DNA of 64,000 bases from assembly GCF_009914755.1 (NCBI RefSeq), contig NC_060925.1, one strand, 5' to 3'. Positions 53,831-64,000 of this stretch are shown here, one piece after another; within the stretch, counting starts at the first letter, position 1, and every line of letters begins with the position of its first letter. Source of the DNA: the human T2T-CHM13v2.0 reference genome, Homo sapiens. The position numbers were made by a program, and so were the translations under genes. The notes beneath the pieces are model-generated. The model did no database searches, was not told the origin of the DNA, and saw only the letters and a list, made by a program, of their open reading frames with translations.

Positions 53831-55864
53831 ACCACCAAAGTTTGGAGACTCTTGCATGTTAGTCCCTCTTTTTTAACGTGATGTTGGTTCAGTAAGTATC
53901 TGTGGCCTGCCTGGTAAAAATTTTTCTAAATGCACAAAGATGAATGTCAGAGATCTTACGATAATTTCTAATGGGGCGGTTATATAGCCCAACATATAAA
54001 CCTGAAGAAATGGACTCATAACATTAAAGGAATGCAGCAAATAAAGAGTCTTATTGGTGGGTTTTATTTGCTGTGTAACCTATTTTTCTACATTGTACAT
54101 ATTTGGAAAACATCTCAAGATATTGGAAATTGTTCATTTTGTGGCCTCCTTAAAGTAGCAATTTGGTATTTACAACATATACACCTGAAAACAGCTGGTT
54201 TTTAAAAGTAATTTAAAAATGATTATAGTGGTTAAGGATACAGGCTCTGGAATCAGATTCTAAATTGAATCCTGGCTTTGCCACATAATAGCAGCGTGAC
54301 TGAGGCCTATGCGTTTAATCTTTCTATTGCTGTTTACTTCTATAAAAAATGGAAATAATTTTAGAACTACTTTATAGGACTTATAAGGATTAAATTATAT
54401 ATATGTAATAAACTTAAAACACTGATACTTAGTAAATCTTCAATAACTGTTAAAGAGATGGAGTCTTGCTATGTTGCGCAGGCCGGTCTGGTACTCCCAG
54501 GCTGAAGCAAGCTTCTCACCTCAGCCTCTTGAGTAGCTGACACTACAGGCCACACCACTGTGCCCGACTAGTCTCAGCATTTTATTCAGATAATGCAAGC
54601 TATTTTGTCAGGCATCTTAAAAGAAGGTTCTAATAAATTATTTGCTTTTGCCATTGTATTTTCAAGAATTGACATTTTAAAACAATGTATAGTTTTATGT
54701 GTCTATTTAATGAGTAAAGTATAAGACAGTTTCCATGAGGATATATAGTTGATACAGGCAGTAAACATGATTTTTGTTTTAAAAGAGGTGGCTATAGTCT
54801 GAACCAAAGTATTTTCAAGTCTTAGATTCTGTTGGTTGTGGCTTAAAAGAATGATTGCAGTACATTTTTACAACAAAGAGGTATTTAAAACCAAATAAGC
54901 ACAATTTGGATGTGTTTACTTCTCTTTTGTTTATTTAAGTAAAACTTGTGTATATCTGTGCATAAGAGAAGGAAAAGAGAAGAGAGATGACTCTTTATCT
55001 TCATACTGCTTGGGTATACCCACAATGAGGCTTTTGACCTGTCATTTCCATTTATGTAATGGATTTTGAACTCAAAAGCCCTGTAAATACATAAGCGATC
55101 TTGAACCAAGCCCCATTGTGAAAGGCAGGATTGAGGAATATGAAACAAATTATGCTTCCTTTCATTCACTTTATCTGCCCCAAGGTTTTTTTCGGAATAT
55201 GAGTCACATAGTTTCAGTTAATTTCTTCATATTTTTAACAGTGCTTTCTCTTCATAACCGAAAATCTGTATTTGATGTTTTTTTCCCTTAGAATCATTAT
55301 CTTCACATTTATTCTTGTTTTTCCTTTTGTGTCTTGTAACTTTGTCACATTTTTATCCTTCTTGCCTACCTTATAGCATAAATTTTCTCTTCTGTGGCCT
55401 TTCTTTTTGCTAAATGAAGAACTAAATCTTTATGAAATTATATTTTTTATTTTTATTAAAGAAATGTTAAAACAATGTGATTTACTTTTATACTGTACTA
55501 TTATGTAGAAATTTAAGTATTTAGAATGATTACTGAAAGGCCGTTTTACTAGTTTTAATGACAATACTATTTAACTTTTATGAAGTGCCAGGGGTATTTG
55601 GAATATGGGGAAGTACAAAAAAAAAGGAACAGCATGATCTAGTGATTTACATTGTGAATATGGGAAATAAGGAGGTAAAAATTAATTTTAAATAGTATCT
55701 ATTTCCTTCCACAAGTATTTGCATTTGTTTAATTACAGTAATAATAATATCTATATCCAGGAAATACCTATAGCATAACTTGTGTTAGCAAGGAAGAATC
55801 CAGAATGGAGTGATTCACCATGAGCCATATTTGGCTACTGTGACACTGTCAAGGCAATGTCATA

Positions 55865-56352
55865 GACAGCAGCATCGTCCAATAGAAATATGTGAGACAT
55901 ATATGTAATTTTGTGGTCTAGTAACCACATTAAAAATTTTCAAAGGGAAAATTAATTTTAGTAATAGTTTATTCAATATATCTAAAGTATTATTTCAACA
56001 TACAATCAATGTGTAGAATTAATAAATTCTTTTATATTGATTTTATTCATACTAAATCATTGAAATATGGTATGTATTTTATAAATGTAGCACATCTTAA
56101 TTTGGACACAATTTTCATTGGAAATGCTTGAACTATATTTCAATTTCATAAAATGTACAGGTGAAAAACATTCACATACCCAAGTTATTCCAAACATACT
56201 TGAGTTTTTCAGTAACTGAATTGATGTCCATTTAAAAATTTAAATTTATTAAAATTTATAAAAATGAAAAATTGAGTCCCTCAATGTGTGTTCATATTTC
56301 AGGTACTCAATAGCCCTGTGTGGTTAGTGGCTACCATTTTGAATAGCATAGG
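55865..56352. mobile_element. MER33/Charlie5-type hAT element
   Basis: GTCCAATAGAAATAT..CTAGTAACCACATTAAAAA..CTCAATAGCC.TGTGTGGTTAGTGGCTACCATTTTGAATAGCATAG. Confidence 0.7.
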
Positions 56353-56401
56353 TATAGAATAGAGCTCACAGTTGAAGATGTCAGCTAAGAAACCCTGAAT
56401 C

Positions 56402-57829
<1,428 letters not shown>

Positions 57830-58478
57830 ATGGTATAGGGTGAATATTTTATCTTGTACTTTTCATGGTTTTAGAGACTGTACTTTACATGTTTCTAAAG
57901 ATTAAGCATTTCTACTCATTAAGTTGAGGAATCTTTAGAAGTCCTCTCACTGAGGTTTTTTTTCCAGAATTACTGGATTATTTCTTTCATACCTATCATT
58001 TTTCTTAAAATGTAATACACTTGTAGATAATAAGAGGAAATAAAAGATGACTGATAAAGGGCTTGCAGTCTGTTTTGTAAATTTTAAAAATATTAGTGGT
58101 ATCCTTCAAGCAGATTTAGCATTTCTTCCAATTCTACACTAAGAGTAGCCTAGAGTTAACCATGGCCTTTTTTTTTTTTTTTTTTAAGTGTTCAAAAGGA
58201 TTTTGATGACAACTCTAAGGTACCTTCCAGGGCTTATTTTTAGGAAATAAAAAATAAAACGATAGTATAAATATATGCTACCTAAACTTCCCCTCACATA
58301 CTTTTTTCTAGGTTATTTTTTTTTAAAATCTTCAAACATTTTCATTTCCAAATATTGCTGCTGTTTAGCCAGAGAAGAACTTATACAACTAGCTTTCAGT
58401 TGTCTGCTGAGTGTCCAGGGATTAACATAAGAGACTAATTTCAGCACATAACCTATTTAACTAGTCATTTCATTCAGG

Positions 58479-58635
58479 CAGTGGTCCCAACCTGATGCAC
58501 ATTAGACTTACCTAGAGAACTTGAAAAATAGTGGTGCCTAGGTTCCATCCTCAGAGATTCTGATGTAATGGTCTAGAATAGAATTTGGGCAGCCTCTCAG
58601 GTGATCATCATGAGGAGACAGGCTTGACACCTGTA
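58479..58635. mobile_element. MER5-type hAT MITE
   Basis: CAGTGGTCCCAACC..GCACATTAGA.TTACCT..CAGAGATTCTGAT.TAATGGTCT..CAGGTGAT. Confidence 0.65.
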
Positions 58636-58871
58636 GTATTCATGTGAGAACTAGCTGAGTTTGGGGTTGGGTTGCATATGGTGAAAGGGAATGAACTTAA
58701 GTCATTTCCTTCTCTTCCCTATTTACAATGAAACAACCTAAGAGAAGGGGAAAATCAAAGATCACTGAGAATCTGCAAAGGTTAGAAAATGAAGTAGCTT
58801 TTTTCTTTTTGTCATTGTAGACATGGAAGGTCTTTAATGTAACTTTAAATGGTTCACCAAAGGATGCTCTA

Positions 58872-59250
58872 ATGGATGACAGCGATACTCCTACATATTA
58901 TCTGCAAATAGAACCACAAGATGGATGTCATCCTGGTGACAGCGTGGAAAGGAGTGTGACCTGTCTGCCTTCTGCATCAGATGAAAATGAAAATCAGCTT
59001 GACGGGGACGGGCATGAGCATCTGACCAGCAGTGACAGTGCGATGGGAAAGCCCCAAGTGTCTGAGCAGGACAGTCTCAATAATAATGAAAGCTGCACAT
59101 TGAGCTGCGAGGTGGCTGCAGGTGAGAACTCGCAAAACACCCTTTGTGAAGCCTCCAGAGATGAACAGGCCTTCTTGGGAAAGGACAAAAAAATTCCTGG
59201 AAAAAGAAGTCCAAGAAGCAAAAAAGGGACTGCTAAGAAGATACCACCAG
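58872..59250 (+). CDS. CNST: CNST (consortin, connexin sorting protein) first coding exon; exon 2 spans 58821-59250 and the CDS continues beyond the window
   Basis: Polypyrimidine tract and TGTAG acceptor at 58820; MDDSDTPTYYLQIEPQDGCHPGDSVERS...KKIPP(G) is the consortin N-terminus; donor CAG|GTATTG. Confidence 0.95.
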
Positions 59251-59515
59251 GTATTGTTTAAAATAGTATTTATCCTCTTCTTTAATTAATTAAAAATGAA
59301 CCTCCTTCCCTCCCATACTGTGTTTACTGTCCTGCACCTTGCTTCTTTGCTTACGATATTCTGGAGCTAGTTCCGCCGCAGCACAAGTAGATCCAACTGC
59401 ATGATATTCCAGTGTGATACGTCTCCACACTGTTCCACCGTATGGGTGTAACACAATTTATTTAATCACTTCCTTATGGCCCTTCCCAGTCTTTTACTAT
59501 CATAAACAGTGCTGA

Positions 59516-62139
<2,624 letters not shown>

Positions 62140-63864
62140 TCACTTGGTGAGACTGAAGCAGTCTCTACTTTGTTGTTGTCGTCTGTATAATGATGATCTT
62201 CATCTACCTAAATCTATGAAATTCCTTTTTAAGCTGTGAGTTTCTTAGATTTCATAGTAGAGATGGTATACTCTATACTTGAATAAAATGTGGTGATTCA
62301 CCTCTAGTGCATCTATAGAGTTTTTATATTTTACAGATACATTTTTGTTTGTCTTTTAAGTTTTGTTGATAAATTAAAAGAAAGGATACTCCTGTCTGCC
62401 CGGGCTGGCCATGGACGAGGCGGGACTGAGTGTCCTGGGGTGAGTTAGCAGGGCACAGGTGTTTGAGATGGGGGACCCTTAATTTTAAACTGAATAGGAT
62501 TCTTTTGGGTGTGGAATTAATCCTTTCTAGATGTGGAAGAGACCTAGAATGGGAAGAAGCTTTAGTATTGCCTGGAAAGCTTCCCTCAGAGTTTAGTTGC
62601 TGGGACCCCACCCTAAGAACTTGCTTCAGCCTGTCGTCTCTCAGTACGTATCCATCACCCGGTCTGAGTAATGTTATCTCCCTGTGATCTCTCAAGTCAG
62701 TCTGTTTCTCTCCATCTTCACTGCCACAGTTCAGCAGCATCTTCAGCTGGAGTACTGCAAAAGCCCCCTACATTTGTTTCCCATCTTGCTTCCATCCTCC
62801 ATGTCAAAAATAATGCAAAGAGTTTATGCATAGGAGTTTAGACAAGGATGTGTTTACTCTAATTTTTCGGTTAAATTCTTAGCTCCTAAGTAAATAAAGT
62901 TTCAAATTTTTCAGACGTGTACTTTTCTAATAATTGAATAGCTTCTCAAATGTGAAATGACATATAAAAAACATGATATTCAGTTGCAAACCAGAAATGC
63001 AGTTTTTTGTAGGTAGATGTTCTTGTAACACTTTTTAGAAAATGTAAAATATAAAAATAAAGAAAAAAAAGACCAAAAAAAAGAACATGTAAAATAAAGT
63101 AAATTTATTCACTCTATGCTCCCTTGTCTAGTTTAATTTGTAGTCATTTTTCAATTACTACTGTCCAAAGGCTAGTACTGGAAAAAAAATGATAGTGCAG
63201 GACTCTTGTCACTAATAGTCATGTCATTCCTAATAGTCATGTCATTAGGAGACATGTCACTGTTTATGGGTTTGCTGGAGGCAGTATTTGTGTCAATGGG
63301 TAAAACCTTGATCTTAGCCTCAGGGAAGTCCAGTTGTCATCATATAATGAGCTTTTTTTTTTCCCCCTTAAGAGAATTGAATCCCCTTGATATGCTTAAC
63401 TAAGCAGGATTTCAAGCTGTGTTACAACAAGTTTTCATTATAGGGCGGGTGCACTGGCTCATGCCTATAATTGTAGCACTTTAAGAAGCCAAGGTGGAGG
63501 ATTGCTTGAGCCAAGGAGTTTGTGACCAGCCTGGGCAACACAGGGAGACCTCATCTCTACAAAAAGTAAAATAATTAGCTGGGCATGGTGGCACGTGCCT
63601 GTAGTCCCAGCTACTTGGGAGGCTGAGGTGGGAGGATCACAGCAGCAGTGAGCTGCATGGTTGCACCACTGCACCCCAACTTGGAGACAGAGTGAGATCC
63701 TGTCTCAAAAAAAAAAAAAGAAAAAGAAAAAATTTTTCACTGTAGTTAAAATGGCAAAGCTTTAGGTAAATATTATCCTAAAAACTAATGACCATTACTT
63801 ATTTATTATTATTTTTCACATTCTTACCTGGGGGGAGAAAAACAATGGAAATTAATGTGTTTTT

Positions 63865-64000
63865 TAAACAGTTTTATTAAGATGTAATTCATATACATGC
63901 AATTCACCTACTTAAAATATATAATTCACTGATTTTTGGTATACTCACAGGGATGTGTAACCATCAGCAGTCAATTTTAGTATGTTTTCTTCACCACACA
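63865..64000 (-). mobile_element. Old L1M 3' end, running off the window
   Basis: CAGTTTTATTAAGATGTAATTCATATAC..AATTCACCTACTTAAAAT..GTAACCATCA. Confidence 0.65.

Overview
Primate (human-like) genomic DNA recognisable as the TFB2M/CNST head-to-head locus (human 1q44, from recall of the two proteins). The complete 8-exon TFB2M CDS lies on the minus strand (33028 down to 7902; exons sum to 1191 nt = 396 aa + stop, all GT-AG). CNST non-coding exon 1 and first coding exon 2 lie on the plus strand, and the two genes share a CpG-island promoter with NRF-1 and GABP/ETS motifs. The first 5.2 kb is the 3' half of a decayed class I (ERV1) provirus (pol, env remnant, LTR9-like 3' LTR). The rest is Alu-dense intron with L1, L2, LTR2-like and DNA-transposon relics. 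Most ORFs in the supplied track are Alu/L1 artefacts. I see no clearly new system. The best leads are (i) tightly packed small ORFs between ERV pol and env, including a two-hydrophobic-segment peptide, (ii) a uORF-dense CNST leader whose exon-2 uORF would also terminate a 131-aa protein from an exon-2 circRNA, (iii) an in-frame TFB2M uORF, and (iv) an 84-bp minisatellite born from an Alu 5' junction. Repeat subfamily names are from memory of consensus sequences and need RepeatMasker/Dfam confirmation.
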